Notes: generated from the sequence alone by a model not told the origin. A DNA stretch of 64,000 nucleotides from Dimorphilus gyrociliatus (GCA_904063045.1 CAJFCJ010000018.1:930429-994428); one strand, 5' to 3'; positions 51,748 to 64,000 are shown, counted from the stretch's first letter. Numbers and translations: made by a program.

Positions 51748-53382
51748 ATGTCTCTTAAAACATGGTTTAAAGCGAATTGGCGACTTGTGATTCTTATTTT
51801 GATACCCCTTCTGTTTATGCCAATACCAATAGTACTGAAGACTAGCGAGGCAAAATGCGCTTATGTTCTTATTATTGTTGCGTCGTACTGGATGTCGGAT
51901 GTATTACCATTGGCCGTTACATCATTGCTACCAGTTGTATTGTTACCTCTCTTTGGTATTTTAAGAGCTAAGGATGCCAGTAAGACTTACTTTAAAGATT
52001 CTACTATGATGTTTATGGGAGCTATCATGGTTGCTTTAGCAGTTGAAAAGTGCAATCTTCACCGCCGTATAGCTCTGAAAATTTTGTTAATTGTTGGCGA
52101 AAGGAAACCTAATTTAATATTTGGCTTTATGCTGGCTACTTGGTTACTTAGTATGTGGATTTCAAATACTGCAACGACGGCTATGATGCTTCCTGTAGCT
52201 GAAGCCGTACTTTCTCAATTAAGTGGATTCGCTGACGAAGATTACAGTAATTTCGGTAAATCTTTAGCTATATGCATAGCTTACGCGGCAAACTGCGGTG
52301 GAACCGCAACGTTGACCGGAACAGGCTCAAATATGGTAATGAAAGGATTCGTCGATGATCTATATGAAAAGCACAACGTCACAACTGCACTAACTTACAC
52401 GAACTATCTTGGCTGGGGTTTGCCAATAGCTTCTATGATCCTTATATTAACTTGGTTATGGCTATCGATACTTTTTCTTGGCTTTAGGGAATTTTTTTCA
52501 TGCTGTCGAAGAAAAAAAACAGATTTGGAACGAAGGGATCATGGAATTCAAGATATGATAAAAGAGGAGTATACAAAACTCGGAAATATGAAATATCAAG
52601 AAATTGTTGTCATTGTTATATTTACTACTTTGGTTCTCCTATGGTTTTTTAGAGAACCTCAATTTATGACAGGTTGGTCGGCAGCATTTAGGCCAGGGTT
52701 TGTTTTTTAACTTATAATTATTGACATAATTGACAAATAAGAGTGTTTTTCGTATCATAGGTACGTTACGGGAGCCGTTCCGTCAATACTTTTATCTACT
52801 CTCATGTTTATTATACCGACAACACGTCCATTCAGCAAAAGTGCAGACGATAGAGATTATATTCTTACGTGGCCTTTTGTCCAAAATCGCATGCCTTGGG
52901 GGATTGTACTACTCTTTGGGGGTGGTTTTACAATGGCTGAAGCTTGTTCAAAATCTGGTTTATCATCATTGATTGGTGAAAAGTTGGCAACTTTTGACAG
53001 ATTACCAAGTGCGGTAATGGTTGGTCTAATATGTCTGCTTGTAGCTATGCTCACTGAGGTTACATCAAATTCTGCAACAACAACACTACTTATGCCAATA
53101 ATGGCTAGTATGGCAGAGAATATGAAAAAAAATCCTCTATATCTCATGTTACCTGTCACAACATCAACTTCTTTTGCTTATATGCTTCCAGTAGCAACGC
53201 CGCCAAATGCTATTGTCTTTTCAACAGGGCGTTTAAAAGTTGTAGATATGATAAAAGCCGGATGGATTTTGAATATATTTGGAGTTTTAATAGTAACACT
53301 GGGCACTCATACATGGGGGATGGCTATATTTAAATTTAATCAATTACCATGGCAGATTAACAACTCTACTAGAACCCTATAA
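51748..53382 (+). CDS. SLC13 sodium/dicarboxylate-citrate-sulfate symporter (one intron about 52698-52760)
   Basis: PLAVTSLLP, AVEKCNLHRRIAL, LSMWISNTATTAMMLP, IAYAANCGGTATLTGTGSN, MPWGIVLLFGGGF, TEVTSNSAT and FAYMLPVATPPNAIVF. Confidence 0.95.
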
Positions 53383-54052
53383 GCTTCTATTTATGTTTCA
53401 ATCATTATTTAATTATATACTGAAATAAAACACACACATTCTTCTCACCCTATTACTCCTTTTAGAAGGTCAATGCTATAAGCCTAATGCATATATTTTT
53501 ATAACTTTTGTAGGCCTACTTTGCTTAAATTTTCACCATTCTGTCAATAGTTAAACATTAATGTTTATTAAAATACTCTTCACCTTTGATTATATTGTTA
53601 TTTCAATGAATGTTGATAAAGAAACAACGATTATATATCTCTTTGAATTTATATATATACAATACAGTGTTACATAAAGTTCCTTTATTGTTTCTCTTTC
53701 GCTTTTTGTCTTGCTACTCTTTTAGTTCAGCCATAAAAAGAATGGGTTATAATTATTTATTCGTGTGGTATAGGCCTATTAATAAGTGTTAGTGAAATGT
53801 TAGAAAATAACAAAACTTGCGTGCTAAGAAACATCTTTCCTAGATAAACTATAGGCCTATTAAAACGCATCAATAATTTATAGGCGCAATCAATCGACAA
53901 CATGTTCAAACTTGATCAGCGCCACACCTGAAATCGTTCATATCTATTTCTGCAGTCTTCTCGAATGAAATTTGTTTCATTCGTCCATAAAAATAAGATA
54001 CTAGTTCAAGAACTAAAGGAATAAATAAGTTACAGGAACTTTTTAAAGGAAA

Positions 54053-55355
54053 ATGGACGAATTGAACACTTGGAGGAGGAGCGGAGAACTATCTGATTTA
54101 ACTATTCAGATAGATGATTCGGAATTCAACTTGCATAAATTTCCAATGTTTATTAAGAGCGATTACCTAAAGAAGAAAATATCGGAATGCAATGATAACA
54201 AAGCCGTATTGAAACTTTCAAATTTTCCTGGTGGAAAGGAAATTTTTGAGATTGTTTCCGAATTTTGTTACGGTGAACGTTCCTCCTTAAGCCAGGAAAA
54301 TGTCGTTCAAACAAGATGCGCCGCCCATTTACTCGAAATGGAAACCACTGGTAATTTGGCGTCATTTTGCGACAGAGTAATCGATGATCTTTTAAGGAAT
54401 GCCAAAAATTCGAGATCAACTTCCGTTTCGATTGAAATGTTAGCTGTTTGTGAACAACTGGGAGATATTAGTGACAAAGCTGGAATTGTCGATAGATGTG
54501 TATCTGCATTAATTGATGTCCTAAGCATCAGTGGACGTCAACAGGTAAAATTCTCTAACATTTGCCCTTTATTCTTGAATATTTTGCGGTTATTTTAGTA
54601 TTATATTTTCTTTCATTAAAATATTAGGTAACTGAAACTTTAACCGGTTTAAGTTCAAACTGGTTCGAAAAACTACTTGGGGCTGCAAGAAAGAAGAATA
54701 TGAGGCCTCATATTATTGGTGAAATGCTCATTTCCTATCTGCAGATTTCATTTATTTATGAAAAAGATGAGACTGAAGAAGAAACCGACAAGAAGAAACA
54801 TGTTGAATTAGCTGATGAAGAAAGACAGCATCTCCTCGACGATGTCCTATTGAAAGTATTTAGGGATGAAAATAAAGTTGGCGAAAAGCATGCTCTTCAA
54901 GAAAGGCTTAATCCGGAATTAGCTGTCAAATTGCTATCGGAAGCTGAGAGATTAAAGTGTGACGTAAAAGACGATTTAAGAAGACTTTGTGCCAAGTTAG
55001 TTCCGAGGTTAAAAGCCCCCGACCTCGCTCAACTTCCTCCAGAAGTTGTTGTTGAGATGGTACAAGTGGGAGAAACAGATTCGGCGAATAAAGAGGCTGC
55101 CTGCAAGACTGCCGATATTTATCTCAAAGCGTTGGCCGATAACAAGGTAGGACAAAATTACATTTAAAAAGGTTAACAAATACCTGCATAAATATAGAGC
55201 ATTGATCATTTTCTCATTATAATCTGACAAAAATCTATATTTAGCGATTAGACGCTGAAACGTTTGCGGCCGTTTTGAACGCCGCACCAAACGATGCAAG
55301 AACAAACCACGACAACCTTTTTGAAGTTTTGCACACACTCTTACAGTCAGGTTAG
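54053..55355 (+). CDS. BTB + NPH3-domain protein (NPH3/RPT2-like family); exons 54053-54544, 54628-55146, 55245-55355
   Basis: SDLTIQIDDSEFNLHKFPM...FPGGKEIFEIVSEFCYG...NVVQTRCAAHLLEM..GNL; LTGLSSNWFEKLLGAARKKNMRPHIIGEMLISYL; KTADIYL; PNDARTNHDNLF. These are collinear with the plant NRL motifs LHKFPL, PGGxEAFELxAKFCYG, LRCAAEYLEM and RxSHDGLYRAID. The 3' end may continue via the donor at 55351. Confidence 0.85.
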
Positions 55356-56599
55356 TGGATTAATGTAAAGTTTCGTCCCCTCTTTCTATTTGTAATCCTT
55401 TTATGATTTTCTGTTTTCTTATTTAATGAGTTTTTAAAAGGGATCAATAACAACTCTTCCCTTTTTCTGACCTTCTTATTTTTTTCTTCTCTTGGACTTT
55501 TAATGGTTTCAAATTGAACGTAAGTTCATTCAATATTTTCATTTTTGTTTGAATTGTTTGGGAAGGTAAAAAGTAAAAAAGTTGTGAAAAATAGCAATTT
55601 TTCATACAGCCAATTTCCTGAGTATAAATAACGTTTATTGGCCTAAAATCGATAATTTTTTATTTCCGTTTAATGTGGCAAGATTAATGCATTTTATTAA
55701 AAAAAAATTGAACATTAGCAATTTATTAATAGCAATTCTAATCGCAAATTTCATTGATTTATTGCTTAGTTCAAGAATAGGTTCTGTTGTGATTATTCTT
55801 AAGTAAACCCAGCCAATATTGTTATCTAGAACAATACCCGAATCTTTACAATTGAATACAAAACTCCCCAGACTAATAAATGACGTCTTTGGTTTACAAG
55901 CAAAAAACCCTTTGGGCTTAAATTTATCTGTTTTTTAGTATGGGTAGTTCATATGCTTTTTACTTTTCTAAGAAATAGTCATTCCCTTCCGTCCTTTGAC
56001 CTTCCATCAGTTTGACAAACTAACCACCATTGATTTTGTTGAAAAACTTCCAAAATGCCAGAAATAGTACGAAGATCATTAGAATTTTCATAGAGAAGAT
56101 CATAGAGAATAGACATTTCGACAGAGAAACATCATTTTCACTTTCATTCGTGCAAACTCTATAAGATTTTTGAAAAATTCTTGCATAAACATAACTCTTT
56201 TCTATAGTTTGAGAGTAGAAATCTAAATGTAATAATCTTCCATTATTTCCTTAATTTAACATAAATATATAATCTCTCTTTTGCTGGTTTTACACGTTTG
56301 ATTGTTCAAAAACTACAATATTAGATTTCGAGTAGAATATCTTCTCCCTTTGTCTATTATTACAAAAAATAATTCAATTAGGCCTAGATTCATCAGTTTT
56401 TTCCCCAGTTTAATTTCACTTAATTTATAATAGAATCGCAAGAAATAAAGACAATTATAGCTAGTATTTCATCTATTAAATTATGAACTTTGTTACCATA
56501 TTGTAGGGTGACCCTGATCTATAGTTTTTCTAATAGAAAAAATTGATAACGATATTTAGTAGGTTGTTTGTCCTGCCTGGGGATTGGGTTAGCTATGGA

Positions 56600-57600
56600 A
56601 AACATCCACTTAGCTGATATTTGCTAAAATGTTGTATAGTCAGTAGGTCTAAAAATTTGAATTTTGGGGAGGCCTATCAGTCAGTTTATTAACTGTATGT
56701 GGAACATCTATTGAATAAAATATTTCTCCAAAGAAAATATCTTTACAATGTACTATTCAGTTAGTGTTAGAAGAGGATTGCAGTTGCCTCAATTTCATGT
56801 GTAGAACTTTTCTCATTTGAATGATTTTGTTTTTCTAAAAATTGTGATCCTTTTAGTACAATAATTGCAGGACATTTGTATTTTCCCATCATTTTGCTGC
56901 AGACCCATGTTGTTTGTCTAACTGATTGTTTTTTCGCTGCAAAACATCTTTCCCTCTTCTCGATCCTTCTTTAAGAATCTTAAAATTCTCTTGGTTTGAT
57001 TCTTTTGTCAATTTGTTACGACTTTCTTCAAATGAGCTTTCATCAGAAACATTCACTGAAGTTGTGGAAATTTTTAGTGTATAAGTTTCATCAGATGAAT
57101 CACCAATTTCCATAGAATCTTCATTTGAAAAATCAAATAATAGTTCAAGCTAGACACAAATACTAAAATTGAACATAATGATAAATTAAATATAAATTTA
57201 ACCTCTTTATTTCCAAATTGATGAAGATTCTTATGATTACCATTTGCTAAAATAGTTGAAGATTCAGACCCAAGTGACTCCATTTTAATTTTGTCAGTTT
57301 CAATACAATCTACTGCAGTTCTTTTTTCCAGTTGATTTTCTTTTTCTGTTTCAGATTCATATTCAAATTCATGTTCATTTTCATTTTTCATTCAATTTCA
57401 GTTTTCCATAGTTAGCTTATTCCTTTCAGTCTGTTTGTCATTTTGTACTGGCAAATTGTCTGATAGCCTTTCCATGAATTACAAAAATCTTGCTCTGCAT
57501 GTTATAAGTTTGGAATGATATGCATAATAATGAAAAGTATAACAAACCTTTGAGGCAAATATCATGACAAACATGTCTACACAACAGACATGTCTTATTT
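56600..57600 (-). pseudogene. Decayed acidic/Cys-rich coding sequence (PHD-like CxxC..HxxC and CNYC motifs), frameshifted
   Basis: Fragments KTCLLCRHVCHDICLK, ORFs 57074-57391 and 56889-57113, then DGKIQMSCNYCTKR after an in-frame stop. No continuous frame. Confidence 0.35.
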
Positions 57601-57859
57601 TGTTTTGAGTTTAAACTCTTTTGACAGTATTTTCATTTGGAAGACATTTTTTCAATATAAATGTGTATCTAAATTTCCTTAAAATTATTTAGATAAAAAT
57701 TCCTTGCATGGTCATTACATAAAGAGACAAAAAAGTTAATAAATACAATATTTTCAAAGCTTGTCAGCCTCCAGTCTTTAACCATAGACTTCACTGTACT
57801 GTTAGATTGAAACTCATTTACTTAACACATAATTTATTTGCAAAGCTCTGGTCTTTCCC

Positions 57860-57965
57860 TTGAAATTTGGCATAGGGTTAGATACAGGGCGCACAAACCA
57901 CTATACAAAATTTGAGCTAAATCGGCCCAACCGTTTAGGAGCTATGGCCGTTTGAAACAAACGTA
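57860..57965. mobile_element. Fragment of a non-autonomous Helitron/Helentron-like interspersed repeat
   Basis: Motif aaatttgagctaaatcggcccaaccgtttaggagct resembles the conserved core of such invertebrate repeats. Recognised by pattern only. Confidence 0.4.
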
Positions 57966-58524
57966 GGTCACAACCAGTTGTCACATAGGTCCTCTTATAA
58001 AGTCTCTCCTTCTACGTTGCTATTTCTCTTTGGATGCTTAAAAAAGTATCACCTCCTCCACTCTTCCATCTACCATTTTCTTTCCTGTTTACAAAACCCT
58101 CTCCTCTTTCTTTTTGCACCAAACAGAAGCTTCATTGTGTCATTCTGTTTCTGACTAAACATTTTTGAAAAATTATCATCAATTAGGGAAGAATCTATAC
58201 ACTTTCAATTTAGTTTGCATGACTGAGCGAACTACTATTTATGTATCATCAAATATATTAATATAAGGATACGGGACTGTAAAGATTATAATAATTTATT
58301 GCGCAATAGACTATTCATAATTTTGCTTGAAAAAATTTTTAAATAATGAATTTTATGAGTTTAATAAAATAGAAGGAAAAGATTTCGTGCATTTATGCAT
58401 ACATATATCCTTATATTCTGTTCAAGCAAAGTAGAATGGAAAGGAAATTCACAGCAAAAGTTGAAATATTATTTATCATTTATTTTATTACAGCCTATAG
58501 TCTACCCTAGAATAGTTAACTCTT

Positions 58525-58800
58525 TTATTCTTTAATAGTCTCCCATTCTTTATACATGTCTGCCATTTGGATGGAAGTAGATCTGTCGCATTCTGATGCA
58601 AGGACGATGGTTTCTCCTCAATATTTCCTGATGTCGTTTTTTAGCTCATCCAAATTTTCGTAATCAACTCCCCTGATATCTTTTAGGTCAAATCAGGGCT
58701 GTTTTGGGGATGTGAACATATAGACCATCCCTGTACGGACTGGTATGGTGTTTTGCATTGTCATGCTGTAAAATAGTTTGTCTCTTCCTTTACCTCTTTA
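58525..58800 (-). mobile_element. Degraded mariner (Tc1/mariner) transposase C-terminus
   Basis: ILQHDNAKHHT, HPQNSPDLT and YENLDELKNDIRKY...LPSKWQTCIKNG match mariner HDNARPH, HPPYSPDLAP and LPERWQKVI..NG. Frameshifts and stops are present. Confidence 0.8.
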
Positions 58801-59532
58801 GGATCTCCATATATTGATAGGATTATTTTGTCAATTTCATATTAAATATTGCAGTTTTGTAGTTGTTTTTAAACTTTAATACAGATATTATTGCAGATGT
58901 TTAAACTGACTTAAAGATATCTTAATGTAAGAAATATTTACATTTTCAATTATACCAACCATATTCTTCTTAAAGCATAAATACACCTTTGCCTTTTTTT
59001 TGTCTACAAACATTTAACAAAATGATAGACAGAAGAGTATTAAGTATATTTTATGGTCTATGGGAAATTATTTCGGCCTATGAAGAATGTACACTCGGAA
59101 AAAATCCAGATTATGGTCCATATTAAGATGATAAAAATTTTTTTGAATATTCAATAAAACCTTTAATTGAGGATGATTTTTCGATTTATGAAAGAAAATC
59201 TATATAATTTCAAAATCGAAATATTATGTTATATTTAGCTTTTGATAATGGAACTAATCAGAGATATCAAATATTTTTAGAGGGAAAGAAATAATTAAAC
59301 AAAGTTCAAGTTGGTTATAGTGGAAGCAATTTTTGTCTTAGCCCTCCTAAAGTGTGGCCAAATTAAACTAATGCTAAACTTTGAAACATCATGTTACTAA
59401 AGATAAATATGAACTAGACATATCCCAACAGCAAAGTGATGATTAGATGTTGGAAACCAACCTCACTGTATATAAATCCTCAATATTTTATCCCAATCAT
59501 CAGATCTCAATCTAATCACTTGAGAGGATGAT

Positions 59533-59718
59533 TTGGAAACAACCCTTCCACTCCTCAACATTGGACATTTGGAGTTGTTGTTAAAGGGGAATATTTGGTA
59601 CCTTGATGTCACATTTAAAGTAGCTAAGGAACGTTTTTTTCAAATGCTCTCCAGTCAAGAATTTAAAAAAAATGGAAAACTTAAACAAGTTCCATTAATT
59701 ATTTCTTTCCCTCCTTGA
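59533..59718 (+). mobile_element. MULE (Mutator-like) transposase remnant
   Basis: LELLLKGNIWYLDVTFKVAKERFFQMLS...KKNGKLKQVPL matches the MULE motif WYxDGTFKVV..PFxQL.SIHAF....KQVPL around the first catalytic Asp. Confidence 0.7.
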
Positions 59719-59919
59719 AAAAGGCATATAGAATATTTCGGCCCTGGATATATTAGTCCATTTTTATATATTACTTTTAGTAGAAAACAATAGATAAATA
59801 CAACAATTATAATTTTTTATTTTTAAAATTTCTACCGTTTGTGCTAAAAGCTACCATTTGATGGTATGCCAAAATGGTGATTGTAGCTTTAAACTTGTAG
59901 TTGCTGGCGAATGTCATCG

Positions 59920-61320
59920 AATTGACTTGGTCAAGAATGGTTTTCGAAGAAACAAAGTGTTTGTTAGGGGACTGGCTGAATATCATACTTCATTGGCGTT
60001 TCCTCCTATTTAGTAACCTTGGCGTTTCATTAATATCTTACAGACAGTATGGGAAAATGCTTATTATAAACCCTTCAGATGGTCGACGGAGGGTAAGCGA
60101 TTGATTGCGTTTTTGCCCATCGCTCTTGCTAATCCCCTATTTTCCTACTTTCAGATTCCAGTAGAGGGCTTTCGAATGGAGTCGAGAAACTACTTAAATA
60201 TCCACCAACTGAGTAAACGAAAATATTCCATCATATATCCTTCTGCACTTTTAATAAATAACTATAGAAATTGTCAATTTACAAGAAAAGAACAATCATA
60301 TATTGCTGTTGTTTTGAATAAATGCAACTCGTTACAGAGTATTGATCTTTCCTCTGCAGAATTTATAAGGCAGGAATTTGAGAGTATTTGCATTGGGCAA
60401 AGATCTTCCTATTCCAACACTTTGGAAACTTGAATTTCATCATAGAAGCTGTTTTGTAGAAGATAATAATGCTTTTATTAAACAGTTCAACAGATCTGGT
60501 AAATCATGGTCCAGAAATGCTTTATTAAATATTTGAAAAACCATATCTTTGAAATTGTATAGGGTTATAAATTCTACTGTAAATCCTATAATTTATATCT
60601 TTGGTGAAATTTATAATAAAACTAAAAGAACTAAAGAAGAAAGAGAGGAAAGAATGTACAATTTCTGCATAAAAACAACTCCATTTTACTGACACGATTC
60701 TTCCTTTTTCTATTCTTTGTAGAAAAAATGAAATTGATAAAAATATTGACAAAAATACTATAAAAGTTTGATTCTTTTTCTTTTTCAATTCTTGTAAATT
60801 TCCTATCAAAATTACAGTTTTAAAATGCTTACAAAATGAAATGAGAGGAGAAAAGGAAATAGCAGGGATGATTCAATTTCATAATTATATAGAGAAAACT
60901 GAAAATGCAACAAAACAATTTATTTTGGAGAAATCTTTTCATAAAAATTTTGAATTTTTCTTTTGCATTAAAGCTGTTTTACAAACAATTAAATGCTTGC
61001 ACAATACTCGAATTTGTTTCAAACAGGTTTTTTTACAAGTTTTCAATATTTATGATATTAATATTATGTAAATACCTTTTTTTAGGATTCAACATACGTG
61101 CTGGGATATTTTCAAAATCTTTGTTTACTAACAACCACAAAGGAAAAAGAAGATATTAAAGCTTTTGAATTGTTTGTCAGAAGAATTCTCCAATTGCATT
61201 CAATCATTAATAACTGAGAACAATTCAAAAATAGTTTTATCAATTTTATTCTTCCTTTGTCAATCTTCTATAAATACATACTTTTTAGCCTACAAAAACA
61301 AATTTGTATTAGCTCAACCT
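59920..61320 (+). pseudogene. Fragmentary LRR-like coding sequence, probably a pseudogene
   Basis: Short GT-AG exons at about 59921-60110, then IAVVLNKCNSLQSIDLSSAEF...ESICIGQRSS and KKILKLLNCLSEEFSNCIQSL, interrupted by stops. Confidence 0.35.
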
Positions 61321-61580
61321 GTTGCATAATATCTGTATAAAGCCAATTAGCCGTCTTGCCGCCTCCACCAAAACAGCAATTCATTATTATATTGTATAAA
61401 GTAGAATATAAGAGTATAATAGATGGAGCACTCTGAAATTGAAAATACCTCACTCCTTAGGAGAGATTGAAAAGTATTTGCAATATTAAAAAACATATAA
61501 AACTTTTCAACAAGAGAAATTAAATTGTTGTTGAACAGCTTAATTATTAAAGTGTTTAGTGTTGAATATAGAGTTTTTTT

Positions 61581-63413
61581 TCAAATATGAACAGCTCCAT
61601 ATTCTCAAATTGTAAAAAAAAATAGCAATTATGTTGTAATGATGAAATTTAATGAGTAATATCATTTCTTAAATTATGCAAAAGAATGGAAACATTACTT
61701 GTAGTGATATCAATTTCAGATATGGTATGTTGATCTTTAGAAGTCAATTCAATATATTTTGTCACATAATTCAAATTGTTAAGACAGCATGTCTGTGAAG
61801 ATGAGAAATTTGTACTAAGAAGAAATTCTTTGCCAATTAGATCAGTTTTTGATTTAAACATTTTAACAATAAATCCGTTTGTAACATAAGTATTTAATAC
61901 TGTTTTGCAAAGAGAGAAGATATAATAGAATTATAGAAAAAAAATTTAAGTTTTCAATTCTTTACCAGTTATGCAGAATGATGCTATTTTAAATGATGGA
62001 GTTTGTATTTTAATCATTTCACTTTGATTAACTTTGATATAATTTGATTCTACAACACCAAAGTATATATTATCAGTTAGAATTGATTTTACATTTAAAC
62101 TTCTAATTTCAATGGAATTGATTAATTCTTTTACATCTGTAATTTAATGAAAACTGTTTAATAATGAATTGTTTGCTAATTGTCTGTACTTTGATGTTCG
62201 CTATTTTCAGAAATTCCATAGACAACTAATTCACTAAATTCTAATTTATATATCACAGTATCAAAAGTACTGTCATAGAGCGATATAAGAAGATATCTTC
62301 CATTCATTGGTACAGTTTTAAAAAAGCCATGAGTTTCATACTTATTCAGTGGAATTGATGTTGTGTAATTCTTCACAAGAAAGTTATTGTCTATATTAAA
62401 AATTGTTTGTGGAGAATTATTTACAGATATATAAACATTTTTAAATATCTTATTAGGCCCTCCTGAAAGAAGAGTAGAAGATGATAACTACATATGTTAT
62501 ACATGATCATTGGGTCATACCTCTTCTACAGGTTATAATAACCCCATATACACGAATGTTTTCCATAAAATCCAGCCTGAAGAAAACATCATTTTCTCTC
62601 TCCATTGAAAATATTGTTTCATATTTTTCATCTCTGAGTTTTGTTAGTGAAAATGTTTTGTCAAAATTTTCTGAATGGGACAAACTGATGATTTGAAAAT
62701 CTAAACAAATGATCAAAAGTGAATAAGAAATGTGAAAAACAAATTATTCATCATTGTAACAAACCTCTCTTTTCAACGAGTTCGCCATAAACTTTAACAT
62801 CGCACATTCCAACAAATGTGTTCAAAAATTGAGCTCGTATTTGTAGGAAAGATCCAATAGCATTAGATGAACAATTTAAACATTCATAATCACTTAGAAA
62901 ATTTACACTTTTCTTAACAGGTGTACTTCCCCAACTACCACAGAGTTTATCGTTTTCATCATCATCGAATGGATATTGTTTCAATAAAATATCAAAATTT
63001 TTCAATAATGTATCTGAAAAGTTTGAAATAAAAATAAACACTCTACCAAAAACTTAAGAATTATGTTATTACAAAACTGATGATCTCCTCTATTTAATAG
63101 GCATACAGAAATTATTTTGTAAATATTTTTTAAATCAACCATCCACCAATTCCTTTCATTTGTATTGCTATATGTATAACTACACTTGTAATGACCATTA
63201 ACATGTCCGTTTATAATTTCTGCGTCATTTGCAAGATATCCATAATAGTTAGTTGTACTTTGATAGGTTGGAAGGCCTCTGATTAGATTACCTTCTTCAT
63301 TTGGTTGACCAATTGTAAGTTCTGTTTGAAAACATTAGATAGAAACCAAAAAATTGTTTCGTTTATAATTTTAACAAACTTGATAATTGGAAGATTAATA
63401 TTATTTTAAGCAT
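61581..63413 (-). CDS. Secreted protein with an F-type lectin (FTP) domain and further galactose-binding-like domains; 3' end uncertain (61581 or 61649)
   Basis: Exons 63413-63380, 63321-63073 and 63013 onward, with 58-59 nt introns in phase. Reads MLKIILIFQLSKLTIG signal, NLIRGLPTYQS...CSYT...NWWMVDLKNIYKIISVCLLNRGD...GMCDVKVYG, and later GRYLLISL...LEFSELVVYG. Confidence 0.72.
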
Positions 63414-64000
63414 TGCAACAATATCAGGCAAAATACTAACAATTGCAACAAGTCGATAATTTCAAATATTTAACATAGTTTTAAATAATAAACAACAAAG
63501 TGTTCTCTTCTCCAACTCAATATTTATTGTATAAAATTCAAAACTATAAATAATTGCTATTAGAATGAATCGTTGTGCAATTATTGATGAATTTGAAACA
63601 TTATTAAATAATTATAATGTTGCAGTATGATATCATGATTACAAAACTTAAAAACATTGTTGCTGAACTATGGGTTAATTCAGTTCCATCTCATTTTGAA
63701 AATATAATGCTGTAAAACAAATTAAATTGATAAAAATATTCAAACAAACAAATGTAGCAATTTAGATAAAGGAAAGGTTCAAAAGTTTATTTACTGCAAA
63801 GCTGTTCATCCACTAGTGAATTGTAGTATATGGTGTGTTCAAGTTCCATTTTCATACTAATAATTGAAAAGTCTAAAAATTCCTTCTTAAATCTCTTTTA
63901 TAAATTGCAATTGTTAGGTCATTCTCCACTAATTGAGTTATTTTTAAAGATGATTTGGGCTTCTGTTATGTCGTCCTATTGGTTGAATAATGTAAATTAT

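Noticed and set aside
1-64000. CRISPR arrays, rRNA, tRNA or prokaryotic operons
   Set aside because: The sequence is spliceosomal-intron-rich eukaryotic DNA. No repeat-spacer array, cloverleaf or rRNA-like segment was seen.

Overview
Eukaryotic, strongly AT-rich, very gene-dense animal DNA with short GT-AG introns (mostly about 55-110 nt), intergenic gaps of a few hundred bp and several head-to-head gene pairs. Spire and a VMAT-type SLC18 point to a metazoan. The style resembles a miniaturised genome such as the annelid Dimorphilus, but that is inference only. Bases 1-54 kb hold about 19 conserved genes: MAD2L2/REV7, Spire, Rab28, HEATR6, an atypical SDR epimerase, SLC33A1, RPL29, CC2D1/Lgd, MCM10, a trypsin-like pseudoenzyme, SLC18A-like, UBE3A, IFT20, LRRC57, PIGS, a BNIP2/caytaxin-like BCH gene, Prune, PSMG3, IMP4 and SLC13. 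At 54.0-55.4 kb lies an intron-containing BTB+NPH3 gene of the NPH3/RPT2-like family, normally described as plant-specific. It is followed by about 6 kb of decayed transposon and pseudogene sequence (mariner, MULE, Helitron-like, LRR-like) and a secreted F-type-lectin-domain gene. Main leads: the animal NPH3-like gene; a hidden alternative 3' exon giving Lgd/CC2D1 a CaaX tail (KSKACAIL*); a Prune gene whose stop codon is followed by a perfect splice donor pointing into the downstream BCH gene; and several proteins with altered catalytic residues. All gene models were read by eye and no database searches were run.
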